Shown: positions 8,676 through 18,249 of the stretch, piece after piece
How positions within the stretch are numbered: the stretch's first letter is position 1
Layout of the letters: each line of letters begins with the position of its first letter
Virus record (IMG/VR): IMGVR_UViG_3300025889_000082
Span: 41,348-105,347 of that record
DNA length: 64,000 bases
Source of the DNA: a virus
Taxonomy: Duplodnaviria > Heunggongvirae > Uroviricota > Caudoviricetes
Strand: one strand, 5' to 3'
Translations under genes and position numbers: made by a program
The notes under the pieces: model-generated
Told to the model about the DNA's origin: nothing
What the model saw: only the letters and a program-made list of their open reading frames with translations
Databases searched by the model: none

Positions 8676-9749
8676 TTACGCTAATTTTACTACTCCATTA
8701 TTTATATAGTTCTCTCTAGATATGTTCCATTTGTCATTCTCTAGTGCCCATGTAAGGTCTTCAATGAGTTGTTTAACACCTGGATACTTTCTACCCTTAT
8801 ATTCAAAACCTTTTTCAGCATTTTCAAAGCTGTCTATGGTCATGCTATATAACAATGGATTCATATAATTTGTGCTATCACATACAATAAATTTAGGATA
8901 GAGCACGTTGTAACCATCTAAATCAGCAAAGTGATGTTTAGCTGCATAATAATACAAATAGCCCTGGATATATGCTCTTCTATAAAGATAATACTCATCA
9001 TAAAAGTTTTCTACAGACCATGTGCATTTTAAGTCATATACAGTGATTAACTTCTTATCATGATCTACAATCACCTTATCCATCATAGACTTAAATATAT
9101 GATTTTCTACTGAATATCCTTCAACCTGTAATTGGTTATATACAGAATATCTAGAGTCAGATACAAGGTTTACAATATCTGCTGTGACAGCATTAGTCCT
9201 AAGCTCATTTACTATCTTCTCAGCAGTATCAATTTCTTTGGTGGTTACAACAGTGAGATTTTTACTTCTTACTTCTCTAATCTCTTTGTAATAGATTTCA
9301 GCTTCAGATCCTATAAACTTGTTTAACACAGCATCTATCTTAATCTTGAACCCTGAGTCTTCATATGCATCCTTGCACATATCTTCAAAGCTTCTAGTAA
9401 TTGTACCATCTTCAGCTGTAGCTTCTTTGGTATGTTTATACAATGCTTCTACAAAGTCTAACATCAAACCAGTTGGTGTAGACATACATGTAGATACGTG
9501 AAACTTCTCCTCAAATAAATGTGGTTCCATTAATAATGTTTCCACTAGTCTTCCTGTAGTGGCAGCTTTAGACTCTTCGTCCTCTACCACCTCATTCAAG
9601 ATGTATTTCTTATGATACTTCTTCCTATCCATGGAGAAGTCTTTTAAACTAGAACTACTGTCTAGATAACTTGCTCTATATAGAGCTTCTGTTTTTGCTG
9701 GTCCACTAATCATGTTGGTTTTCTTTAAAGTCTTTAATAATTTGTTCAC
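8676..9749 (-). CDS. PD-(D/E)XK family nuclease (RecB/Cas4/lambda-Exo-like)
   Basis: …VIVDHDKKLITVYDLKCTW… gives D…(D/E)-x-K motifs II/III. RRAYIQGYLYYY gives the QxxxY motif IV typical of RecB-family nucleases. Confidence 0.5.
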   Translation of the reverse strand: MNKLLKTLKKTNMISGPAKTEALYRASYLDSSSSLKDFSMDRKKYHKKYILNEVVEDEESKAATTGRLVETLLMEPHLFEEKFHVSTCMSTPTGLMLDFVEALYKHTKEATAEDGTITRSFEDMCKDAYEDSGFKIKIDAVLNKFIGSEAEIYYKEIREVRSKNLTVVTTKEIDTAEKIVNELRTNAVTADIVNLVSDSRYSVYNQLQVEGYSVENHIFKSMMDKVIVDHDKKLITVYDLKCTWSVENFYDEYYLYRRAYIQGYLYYYAAKHHFADLDGYNVLYPKFIVCDSTNYMNPLLYSMTIDSFENAEKGFEYKGRKYPGVKQLIEDLTWALENDKWNISRENYINNGVVKLA

Positions 9750-9975
9750 TCATGGCTCTAATCTCCTTTGGCACTTGCTTGAACCACCATCTTACCTCCA
9801 TTTCATACTCACGTCCTTGGTCATCAAGTCCTCTAGGATTAATCAGCCAGAAGTTATACTCCTTGTTTTCATATGTAACAGAGCCCTCATACCATATCTC
9901 AGTGAAGGAAGGTTGTCTGTTAATTGTAACAGTCATTACATTATTCTCCATTCTTGTTAATTTATAGGTTTCCAA
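9706..9975 (-). CDS. hypothetical protein
   Basis: 89-aa ORF. Confidence 0.35.
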   Translation of the reverse strand: METYKLTRMENNVMTVTINRQPSFTEIWYEGSVTYENKEYNFWLINPRGLDDQGREYEMEVRWWFKQVPKEIRAMSEQIIKDFKENQHD

Positions 9976-10193
9976 ACATAGGAAAGTAAATGATAAGGCT
10001 TTTCTCCAAACTTTGGTTTCTCAATGTATTGTCTATCAACACATTCATTTCTTAACTGTTCTGGTGTAAGAATCATAATCTTTCCTCTGTATTCCACCTC
10101 ATAGTTTTCATTCTTTTGAATGCACTCTTTTACGCTATGATCTATCAAATCAGCGTACTTCTTAGGGCTAAGCTTTAGTATTTTTCTTCTCAT
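9957..10193 (-). CDS. hypothetical protein
   Basis: 78-aa ORF. Confidence 0.35.
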   Translation of the reverse strand: MRRKILKLSPKKYADLIDHSVKECIQKNENYEVEYRGKIMILTPEQLRNECVDRQYIEKPKFGEKPYHLLSYVWKPIN

Positions 10194-10602
10194 TTCTTTT
10201 CTTTTCTAGTTTGGTTTTCATATCATGGCAGGCTTCGCATAACACTTGTAAGTTGTCTAACTCACAGAATAGTCTATCTACAAATCCAGGTAGGTCTGCA
10301 GCACAGTTTAAACTACCTGCAGGCTTTATGTGGTCTACGTTGATAAGCTTCTCTGGGAACCAGTCTCCACAACATGCACATTTGTATTCAAACTTCTGTC
10401 TTTTGCTTGGGCCCTTATAAGGTCTGCGTGCTTTCATTTTACATTCAGAGATAGGTTTCCACCATCTAGATTTCTGCCTCAAAGCACTTCTAATGAAGCT
10501 CCAAAAAGCAGACTCTGTCATAGTACCACTGTTCCTCACCCTAGGGGTCTTGGTTCTAGGTATTTTAGTCCTTCTCTTAGTTGCATTTTTCTTTACTGCC
10601 AT
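10168..10602 (-). CDS. HNH endonuclease
   Basis: CACCGDWFPEKLINVDHIKP…NLQVLCEACHDMK: CxxC…DH…N…CxxCH, the HNH/His-Me finger. Confidence 0.75.
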   Translation of the reverse strand: MAVKKNATKRRTKIPRTKTPRVRNSGTMTESAFWSFIRSALRQKSRWWKPISECKMKARRPYKGPSKRQKFEYKCACCGDWFPEKLINVDHIKPAGSLNCAADLPGFVDRLFCELDNLQVLCEACHDMKTKLEKKRNEKKNTKA

Positions 10603-10654
10603 AATATTGTATTAAATAATCCCTAGGGACAAATAGTCCCCAGGGAATACAAAT

Positions 10655-12124
10655 TTAGTCAATTATTACAATTCTTTTAGATATTTCTTGCTTTATTTCA
10701 TCAAGACTCTTAACAATTGCATAAACTTCTACAGCAGAAAGAGCTGGTAAATTGAAATCATACTTCTTAGCTTCCTGTGTGAAACCATTCTTAGCTTTCC
10801 ATTCTAAGTCTTCTAGCTCACGTACAGCATAAGAGTCATCCAATTGTAATGTGTCAAAGTCTAAATCATGTAAGATTTCTGTAGCTTCTTCACGTGGCAC
10901 AGTCATAATTGGTAAATACTCATAGCATCTACCCTTAGACTCACCAATACCAACCACCTTCATAGGATTGATAAGGACAATAACAGATGTGTCACCACAA
11001 CCTACATAATGAATCTCATTACTAGTGAAGTGTAAGCCCTCAGCTCCACAGTCATCAGTATTCCAACGACATGCTTCCATAGGCATATTTACCACTCTAC
11101 CAATTCTGATGTCAAATGTTCTTGTGTGAGCATCTGTAAATCTGTTCTCAGCTCTGTTAGGTAAGTCAAGATATAATTCAGTTAAGTTACCAATGTTCTC
11201 ACCATGGTCAACTGTATCCATAACATAACCATCACCACTACAATCTGGACAATCAGTATCTTCATCACACTCTGGATCAATTCCTGAACCATCACAATAT
11301 TCACATCTTTCAAGTTTAGTTAAGTTCTCATTGTGAACTAACTTATATGTACCATCCTTCTGTAAGAATATAGTGTAGTCATTAGGACTCTTCTTCCAAA
11401 CAGCCTTCACCTTATTATATGCATTAGACACAAAGTGTACCAATTCATTAGAGCCATGCAATGTAACTACATTTCTCAAAGCTACAAAGAAGCCCTGTTT
11501 AGTAATTTTGAAGCTATTCTTCTTCAAGAAGTTAAATAACTTATCTGCCACTTCAGCTCTTGGATTCAAGCAACACCACATAAAGAATCTATGTAAGGCA
11601 TTGAACTCATCACTGTTAGTGCCATTATGTCTACCTACCACTTCTAGGAATTCTTCTACTAGCAATGGAGGTAAGCTTCTGTTAATACCTTTTAGATATA
11701 AAGAACCATTCTTCATCTCAAACTGTTCCAATGTAGCTAGATATTCAGCACCTCTTTGAATTGCTTTGGCCTTCTCATATTCAGCTTCTGCTTTTCTTCT
11801 CTCCTCTCTAACATCAGGAGAGCTTACTAAATCAAGCAAACATGCTTCAGATGTACAACCTCTAGCAAGGTTGAAGTCATCAGATGTTGCTGGAGACTTA
11901 GTGATAATACTACCATCATTCATTACAATAGTCAATGTGTCATTAACCATCTTGATATTCATGTAAGGCTTTTCTACCATTGCTGTAGTGTAGCTACTAG
12001 TAGTTGAAGAGGGAACTTGCCCCTCTTCATTACCTAATTCATTAAAAGCTTGGTCTATTTTGTTTTCAACCACCTTTTCAATAGTGCGTTCAATAGCACC
12101 CTTAAACCATTTTAAACTTAGCAT
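10655..12124 (-). CDS. hypothetical protein with Cys/Asp-rich metal-binding cluster
   Basis: 489 aa. CEYCDGSGIDPECDEDTDCPDCSGDG cluster. Immediately downstream of the Hsp90-like gene. Confidence 0.4.
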   Translation of the reverse strand: MLSLKWFKGAIERTIEKVVENKIDQAFNELGNEEGQVPSSTTSSYTTAMVEKPYMNIKMVNDTLTIVMNDGSIITKSPATSDDFNLARGCTSEACLLDLVSSPDVREERRKAEAEYEKAKAIQRGAEYLATLEQFEMKNGSLYLKGINRSLPPLLVEEFLEVVGRHNGTNSDEFNALHRFFMWCCLNPRAEVADKLFNFLKKNSFKITKQGFFVALRNVVTLHGSNELVHFVSNAYNKVKAVWKKSPNDYTIFLQKDGTYKLVHNENLTKLERCEYCDGSGIDPECDEDTDCPDCSGDGYVMDTVDHGENIGNLTELYLDLPNRAENRFTDAHTRTFDIRIGRVVNMPMEACRWNTDDCGAEGLHFTSNEIHYVGCGDTSVIVLINPMKVVGIGESKGRCYEYLPIMTVPREEATEILHDLDFDTLQLDDSYAVRELEDLEWKAKNGFTQEAKKYDFNLPALSAVEVYAIVKSLDEIKQEISKRIVIID

Positions 12125-12134
12125 GTTTTCTGTT

Positions 12135-14513
12135 TTAAATTGTTTCTAATTCTGTAATTGTGTCTTGTGTTAATGTCTCCTCTAAAGGGGCATCTTCGTT
12201 CATCTTTGGATAGAAAGATAAGTTAACCTTCTGTTTGTGATATTTAAACAAATCAGCAATCATTGTATTTAACTTCTCTTCTCTTGGGCTATCACTACTT
12301 ATATAACCTGGAATGTGACTACATAGTACATCAAGGAAAGGTAATTTCTCTAGTAATTCTTTCACCTCAATAAGAGTTGGATAGATTTCTAAATCAACAA
12401 ACTTGTTTTCAATAGCAAAGTTTACTAATGTAAGCTCTTGTTCTGTACCAGTTCTTGTAATAGGATTTGTTGACAGATAAACATTTAAGCGTCTCATCTT
12501 TTCAACAAGATCTTCTGTGACATATGCTAAACGTTCCATTCTATCAAACACTCTAGCATTATCTTTTACAAAACGTGCTATGATTAAACTAGTAACCATT
12601 CTAATAAATGGTTTGTTCTTCCCTTCCATAAATTTATGTATGTTTATCCAGTTATGTAATTCAGCCTTCTCTAAGTTAGTATAAGATGTGTTAGATACAA
12701 TACCAAATCTCACCTGTCTTTTAAAGGTGGGATATAGTCTGTCTAATTCCTCACGATGTTCTTCTGTGCCATACACAGTTAACTTTGTATGTTTGTACAA
12801 CTCGTCCATCTTGAATGTATTAGGAACAAACTTACACGTTTGTCCACTAACCCACACTTGTAACTCAGTGGCTATCTTTACAGAGATTTCTCCTGCAAGT
12901 CTCACTTTCTTCTGACCAGTTACTACTGCAGCAGACATCACCTTAGCACGCTTAGCTTTCTGCTCAGCTATCCATGTCTCAGGAATCTCTATAGCATCTG
13001 CATCAATAAACTTATCAGTGAACATCTTAAGCAACTTCTGGAATTCCTGGATGATTACTCTCCATTCACTCTTAGGATAGTTTCTAAGCTCTAAGATTCT
13101 ATAATAAGTATCATAACCTGATTGGTCATCATAAGCTCCTAATGGAAATGCTTTTTTAAACTTAATAAAGTTGATAGTTTTATGATTAAATCCTAATAAA
13201 GCTCTTAGATAGTTCTTCTTACGTACACCTAATTGCTCAGAGAACTTATATACAATACCAGATTCACCAAATCTTTCACCAGCTAACATATGGTAATTGA
13301 AGTCAGCCCAATAGCCCTTTGCTTCAGTGAATTTACCATTGTTATATCTATATTTCAAATCCCATTCACCAAACATATATTCTGGTAACTTTGTAGCTAC
13401 ACGTTCTAAGTCTAGCTTCTCAATACCAGTGATTTTTGGCTTTTTAACAGGAGTTGTTGCATAGTTTAATAAATCATCAATTGTCACTCTTGCATTCTTA
13501 TCTGCATTTGGAGAAAAGAATATAGGAATAGACTTCTGTCTGTTTCTATAGCTATTTAATACAGACACTGGATCATCACTATCAGAGATGGATTCATTGT
13601 ATTTATCCATAAACACATTAGCTACAGCTTCAAGCTTCTTAAGAATCACTTCTTTAGCTTCCTTGGTATATCTAATAGCCTCTCTATTTGGTGTAGGGAA
13701 CAATCCATCACTTAGACTGAATCTAAGAGCAATAGGAAGAGCAATGTTTTTGATACCAAGCTTCTCCCAATCAATAGGATAGCTTACATTATCTAAACAC
13801 ATGTGCATATAGCCAGTTGTAGCCATACTAGAGAACTGAAAATGTTCTGTTCTTACAATAACAAAGCTGTTATCTATAGATCCTGCAATAGATGCATCTA
13901 CATCAAAATACACACTCTCAAAATAAGCTAATTGCTCTTGAATCTTTCTCTTGAAGTTGTGTCTGTCATAATATGTAACTGGTACAATCACCTTAACACC
14001 ATTTCTTTCTTCTGTTGGCTTTTCATACAACAAGTCAATAGTGTTTGTGTCTTCACCTTCGTACATCATATACTTACGTTCCATGCCATCCTTTCTAGCT
14101 ACAAAATAGAAGCTAGAAGAATAAGCTAATGGGGCTTTGAAGCCCAAACCCATCATACCTAATTCTGTGTTGCTGTCACGCTTTGTTGACTTACCATACT
14201 TACTGATGATATTGCGTACATCATCTGCATCTAAGCCAATACCAAAATCTTCAACAGCAAATTCATATGTATCAGACTTTGCTGACCTTTTAAAACTCAC
14301 TATAATAGGGTCTGTGGTTCCTGCTCTCCTGTGAGAATCTAATGCATTGCTTGCACATTCTCTAACAGTTGAGCCTATTGCATCTGAATATAAATTCTTA
14401 CTTAACATCTGCATCAATACCTGTGCAGAATCTAAGTCTAGGGACATTTTCACTGATTCATGTGATTCTCCCTCTTGCAAAATGTGTGCTTCTGTCTGTT
14501 TTTCTAAAATCAT
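12135..14513 (-). CDS. GHKL-superfamily ATPase, Hsp90 (HtpG)-like
   Basis: Bergerat-fold motifs are present. N-box is RECASNALD (Hsp90 ELISNASDA). G1 box is EDFGIGL (DNGIGM). G2 box is GMMGLGFKAPLAYSSSFYFVA (GQFGVGFYSAFIVAD). The preceding helix LMQMLSKNLYSD matches Hsp90 LLHLMIHSLYSN. 792 aa. Confidence 0.6.
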   Translation of the reverse strand: MILEKQTEAHILQEGESHESVKMSLDLDSAQVLMQMLSKNLYSDAIGSTVRECASNALDSHRRAGTTDPIIVSFKRSAKSDTYEFAVEDFGIGLDADDVRNIISKYGKSTKRDSNTELGMMGLGFKAPLAYSSSFYFVARKDGMERKYMMYEGEDTNTIDLLYEKPTEERNGVKVIVPVTYYDRHNFKRKIQEQLAYFESVYFDVDASIAGSIDNSFVIVRTEHFQFSSMATTGYMHMCLDNVSYPIDWEKLGIKNIALPIALRFSLSDGLFPTPNREAIRYTKEAKEVILKKLEAVANVFMDKYNESISDSDDPVSVLNSYRNRQKSIPIFFSPNADKNARVTIDDLLNYATTPVKKPKITGIEKLDLERVATKLPEYMFGEWDLKYRYNNGKFTEAKGYWADFNYHMLAGERFGESGIVYKFSEQLGVRKKNYLRALLGFNHKTINFIKFKKAFPLGAYDDQSGYDTYYRILELRNYPKSEWRVIIQEFQKLLKMFTDKFIDADAIEIPETWIAEQKAKRAKVMSAAVVTGQKKVRLAGEISVKIATELQVWVSGQTCKFVPNTFKMDELYKHTKLTVYGTEEHREELDRLYPTFKRQVRFGIVSNTSYTNLEKAELHNWINIHKFMEGKNKPFIRMVTSLIIARFVKDNARVFDRMERLAYVTEDLVEKMRRLNVYLSTNPITRTGTEQELTLVNFAIENKFVDLEIYPTLIEVKELLEKLPFLDVLCSHIPGYISSDSPREEKLNTMIADLFKYHKQKVNLSFYPKMNEDAPLEETLTQDTITELETI

Positions 14514-14516
14514 GTG

Positions 14517-14876
14517 TTAGTAGTTTACTGTAATATTAAATTGTGCTAGTATTTCTTTTGATTTCTGTAAGTCATCTATCATCTTTGGATCTGTAATATT
14601 ATCTCTGTTTAACTTTATAATCCTTGTATCTCTTGGAGTGTTTATAAAATCCTTCCAGATACCACCTAATCTTAATGGACCATTCTTTTCTTTTTCTTCA
14701 GGAGTCAGTTTATCATAACGCTCTTGTGTATATACAGGAGAAGATGGATGATAAAATTGCACTGTACCACCTCTACCTCTAGCAAAGTATATACCTACTG
14801 TGAAGTCATTGCCATTAGCTACAGCAATAAGATCCCCCTGGTGGATATCTCCACCAATTTTTGAATTTGGAAACAT
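14517..14876 (-). CDS. hypothetical protein
   Basis: 119-aa ORF. Confidence 0.4.
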   Translation of the reverse strand: MFPNSKIGGDIHQGDLIAVANGNDFTVGIYFARGRGGTVQFYHPSSPVYTQERYDKLTPEEKEKNGPLRLGGIWKDFINTPRDTRIIKLNRDNITDPKMIDDLQKSKEILAQFNITVNY

Positions 14877-14887
14877 AAATAATTGTT

Positions 14888-15604
14888 TTAGAAAGGAGTG
14901 TCCATTAACCAGATAATCTCTGTGTTGTTGGTTTCCTTTAGTAATTTATTAACTTTTGTAAATGTACCTTCTGTATCCCAGTCATCTTGCTTATATGATG
15001 CACTTGCTGGGTGAGACAATGTAAATGTCCATGTGAATGGAGCTACATACTTTTCATATCTAGCTGCGTCTTTACCTAAGAATATGATAGGAGCCATTTT
15101 AGTTGCTAGGACCTCTTCTAATAAATACTTAGTGAATGGTTCCCATAGAGCAATATGGCTACCTGCCTTGTTTATTTCTGTAGTCAAAGCAGCATTATAC
15201 AACAGTACACCTTGTTTAGCCAGAAATGATACATCTGGAGTTCTTTCACAAGTTACACATAACCCATTATAGAATTCCTTTTCTACACCATCATAGAACT
15301 TAGTTAGTGAAGGTTGTAATATGTTTGTTGTAGAACAGCCCATTAATAAGCCATCAGCTACAAATTGTCCATTCTTTGTAGAATGATAAGGACACATGCC
15401 CATCATTACCACCTGTACATCTTCATAGGGTGTCTCATAGAAGCACCTGAATACATTTTGAGATAGAGGAGCAATCTGCTTACCTCTTTGACTCTCAAAC
15501 TTTAAATGTTTATATATGTTATCACACTCCTTACTCTCTATAAATGGTTGCATCCATCTATGCCAAGAAGGGTGGAATTGATCTTTGAATTTATCCCAAT
15601 TCAT
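14888..15604 (-). CDS. family-1 uracil-DNA glycosylase homolog with altered catalytic motif
   Basis: Colinear with E. coli Ung. [32 protein letters not shown] aligns to [45 protein letters not shown] aligns to [22 protein letters not shown] aligns to APHPSPLSA. GQD is replaced by GMC. Confidence 0.65.
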   Translation of the reverse strand: [238 protein letters not shown]

Positions 15605-16605
15605 ATTAATTGTTTACTCTTTAAATAATCTTCTATAGCTTGCATGCCATGAGCTTTGGCAAGATCAGCCCAATCTTTAATCCCTTCAGCTAGATACTTA
15701 CGTGGGACGTTAGTATATTCAAAGTCAAACATCTCTGTAATCTGCTTGGAGTTTTGTACACCTACATCATCTGCATCAAATGATAGGATCTGCTTGTCAG
15801 AGTTTGCTTTCAAATACTCCACATTCTCATGGGAGAAGCAACCTAGTCCTTCATTCTGTACAGCACAACTGCAGGGGAATAGCTTCTTCATTACCATGTA
15901 GTCCTTCTTGGACTTATTGATAAATGCTACGCTGCAGTTCTTGATGTTCTCTTTACCATCCATTGCTGTGATAGGTACATTGTTAGGCATCCATTTCTTC
16001 TTCTTGTCAGCAAATGGTCTATATATCTTCCAATACTGTCCCTCATATAGATAACCAAACCTGAGCTCTGTATCTAGTATGGGAAACTTTTGCTTGTTAA
16101 GATAGACTTCTTTGATAGAATAGATGTTGTTATCTCTTAAGTCCTGGATATCCTGGTGATACATGTTCCAATAAGCTAGTTCTTCTTGTGTGAACTTCCT
16201 CACCTTCACTTGTATAAGAGAATATCTCTTTTCTATCTCAGGTTGTTTATACTCAGAAATAATCTTTTTATATTCCCCTGTCATCACACCTGTAGATAGA
16301 CCCAAGCCAAAGTCTCTATCTACCATCTTCAAAGCTTCACTAGTACTAGGAAGATGATGTAGCATTTGTACAAAGTTGAAGCAATCTCCACGCTTGCTGG
16401 TATCAGCATAGTCTATAAACATTAAATAACCCATCTTATTACCAATCATAAAAGATGGATTGTTCTCATGCCTAAATGGAGAATATGTCACTCTATTAAT
16501 CTTCCAATCATGATTAGGCATGTAATATCTAAAGATGTCATACTCAGAGATTCTGCTTAGAATAGCCTCAATAGATAGTTTTGTTTTTCTTTCTCCTGTA
16601 ATCAT
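15601..16605 (-). CDS. DnaG-like DNA primase (zinc-ribbon-like N-domain plus Toprim); start reassigned to MITGERK
   Basis: YSPFRHENNPSFMIG matches the DnaG zinc-binding-domain signature CPFHxExTPSF, but Cys ligands are substituted. ILSFDADDVGVQ is a Toprim DxD motif. The track start at 16632 lies inside the upstream terminator. Confidence 0.5.
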   Translation of the reverse strand: MITGERKTKLSIEAILSRISEYDIFRYYMPNHDWKINRVTYSPFRHENNPSFMIGNKMGYLMFIDYADTSKRGDCFNFVQMLHHLPSTSEALKMVDRDFGLGLSTGVMTGEYKKIISEYKQPEIEKRYSLIQVKVRKFTQEELAYWNMYHQDIQDLRDNNIYSIKEVYLNKQKFPILDTELRFGYLYEGQYWKIYRPFADKKKKWMPNNVPITAMDGKENIKNCSVAFINKSKKDYMVMKKLFPCSCAVQNEGLGCFSHENVEYLKANSDKQILSFDADDVGVQNSKQITEMFDFEYTNVPRKYLAEGIKDWADLAKAHGMQAIEDYLKSKQLI

Positions 16606-16619
16606 AATGCAAATGTAAT

Positions 16620-16644
16620 GAAAAAGCCCCATAGAAATGGGGCT
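16620..16644 (-). terminator. rho-independent terminator (- strand)
   Basis: agcccc-atagaaat-ggggct stem followed on the - strand by TTTTT. Confidence 0.5.
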
Positions 16645-16667
16645 AGTTCTTATTTTTGGTGGGCATA

Positions 16668-17543
16668 TTAATAATCACTATCATCTTCTTCAATCACCTT
16701 GTCAGATGCTACTAAATTATCTTCAGAATTGTAGTCTCTCAACTCTTTGAATGTGTAATAGTCTTTACAACCATACTCACCCACTACGTTTAATACAAAA
16801 CGCTCATGAGCTTTCAACTCTTTGTTAGACTTGCTACGTAATGCACTCACTGATTCAGCTCTATTATAATCTACCAATCTGAATGCTTTGATGCTATATG
16901 CAGGTAAGAATGCTTTGTTATATACATTCTGGAATTCCTTAATACCATCAGCTTTCTCTTGTGTAGAAATAGTTGCTAAGGCTACAATATTGTTAGCCCA
17001 TTCACCATTGATTTGCTCTTTGATTTCTTTAACATTACCCTTAATCAACTTGTTGAATTCTAATTGTAATGTAGATTTCTTACTGCTGAAATCAATGTTG
17101 CTTAACCATGAGCGTAAGAAGTTATATAAATCTTCTTCACCTACAAATGCTACACGATATTCTCTTTCTTTGAACCAACTAGGAAGATTGTTCTCACTGT
17201 CAGCCCATGTACAACGTCCTACATTATTAATGTATTGTAACTTTGTACCATCATTATTTTCTCTCTCTTTATTCTCAATAAAGAAAGTTAACTTAAACTT
17301 ATCTTGTGTCTTTACTTCTTCTAACCAAAAGTCTAAACGTAATCTAGCATTACCATCTTTACTAGTACCTAAATACTCTGTAGCTTTGCTATCTTCTTTT
17401 AACTGTCTTCCCAATACATCAGCATATTCTTCTGCTGTAGGGTTAACTGCAATCACTTTTGCTTCAAATAAGCCAATCTTTTTAGGAAAGTCTTTGTCTT
17501 CAAATACTGGGTTTTGTCTTTTTTCTCCTCCAATGTTACTCAT
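16668..17543 (-). CDS. hypothetical protein with acidic C-terminal tail (possible SSB-like protein)
   Basis: 291 aa ending …VIEEDDSDY. An acidic tail and a position next to a Sak4-like ATPase suggest a phage SSB. No OB motif recognised. Confidence 0.3.
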   Translation of the reverse strand: MSNIGGEKRQNPVFEDKDFPKKIGLFEAKVIAVNPTAEEYADVLGRQLKEDSKATEYLGTSKDGNARLRLDFWLEEVKTQDKFKLTFFIENKERENNDGTKLQYINNVGRCTWADSENNLPSWFKEREYRVAFVGEEDLYNFLRSWLSNIDFSSKKSTLQLEFNKLIKGNVKEIKEQINGEWANNIVALATISTQEKADGIKEFQNVYNKAFLPAYSIKAFRLVDYNRAESVSALRSKSNKELKAHERFVLNVVGEYGCKDYYTFKELRDYNSEDNLVASDKVIEEDDSDY

Positions 17544-17564
17544 TTTTTCTGGATTTAATTATTA

Positions 17565-18236
17565 TTAATTGTAATATTCATCTATTGCGTTTACTACCTC
17601 TTGTAAGTTATTAGGTATCTTAGTTTCTGCAAACATTCCATCAGGACTCTTTGCTGGATACTTCTTATATCTATTGGTTACAAAATTGTATGTTGTGCTA
17701 CCATCTTTGTTCTCTTCTACGTGAGTGTATAAACAGATTGTTAATAATCCTTCAAGAACAATTTGGTTGTCAATTAACTTACCTGCTGTCTTGATTTTAT
17801 ACCCTACAATCTCTCCACCATCTTCAATGGTTTCAGGATGTGTAAAATAGAACACTTTTAAATCATCACGTAGTTTTCTAGCTTCTCTAAATAGTTCTGC
17901 CATTTCTTTAGCCATGATGCTGAACTTGGTAAAACCAACTTCTGTAGCTTTTGCTAACATATTGAAGCCCATGATGTAGTTAGAGTCTTCAATAATAATG
18001 TTCTTGATGTGTGGTGCTTTCTCTGAGATAGTCTTTAACAGACGTGTAATCTCAGTTGCATCATCTACTTCCTTGTAATTTTTACTCTCTGAATTGTACA
18101 ATTTCTCTGCTCCCTTGAAAGGTAATTCTTTCTTAGCAACGTTGATAATGTAAGTTTCTTTTGGGTCTAAATGTTTCACTGAAGTTGACTTGCCAGTCCC
18201 TGTAGGACCAACAATTCCAATTAATTTGCTTGCCAT
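17565..18236 (-). CDS. Sak4-like RecA-fold ATPase (phage recombination mediator); start reassigned to MASKLIG
   Basis: Walker A GIVGPTGTGKST near the N-terminus. Walker B hhhhED (NIIIEDSNYIM). About 220 aa, typical of Sak4/AAA_24 proteins. Confidence 0.5.
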   Translation of the reverse strand: MASKLIGIVGPTGTGKSTSVKHLDPKETYIINVAKKELPFKGAEKLYNSESKNYKEVDDATEITRLLKTISEKAPHIKNIIIEDSNYIMGFNMLAKATEVGFTKFSIMAKEMAELFREARKLRDDLKVFYFTHPETIEDGGEIVGYKIKTAGKLIDNQIVLEGLLTICLYTHVEENKDGSTTYNFVTNRYKKYPAKSPDGMFAETKIPNNLQEVVNAIDEYYN

Positions 18237-18249
18237 GTTTTTACTGATT

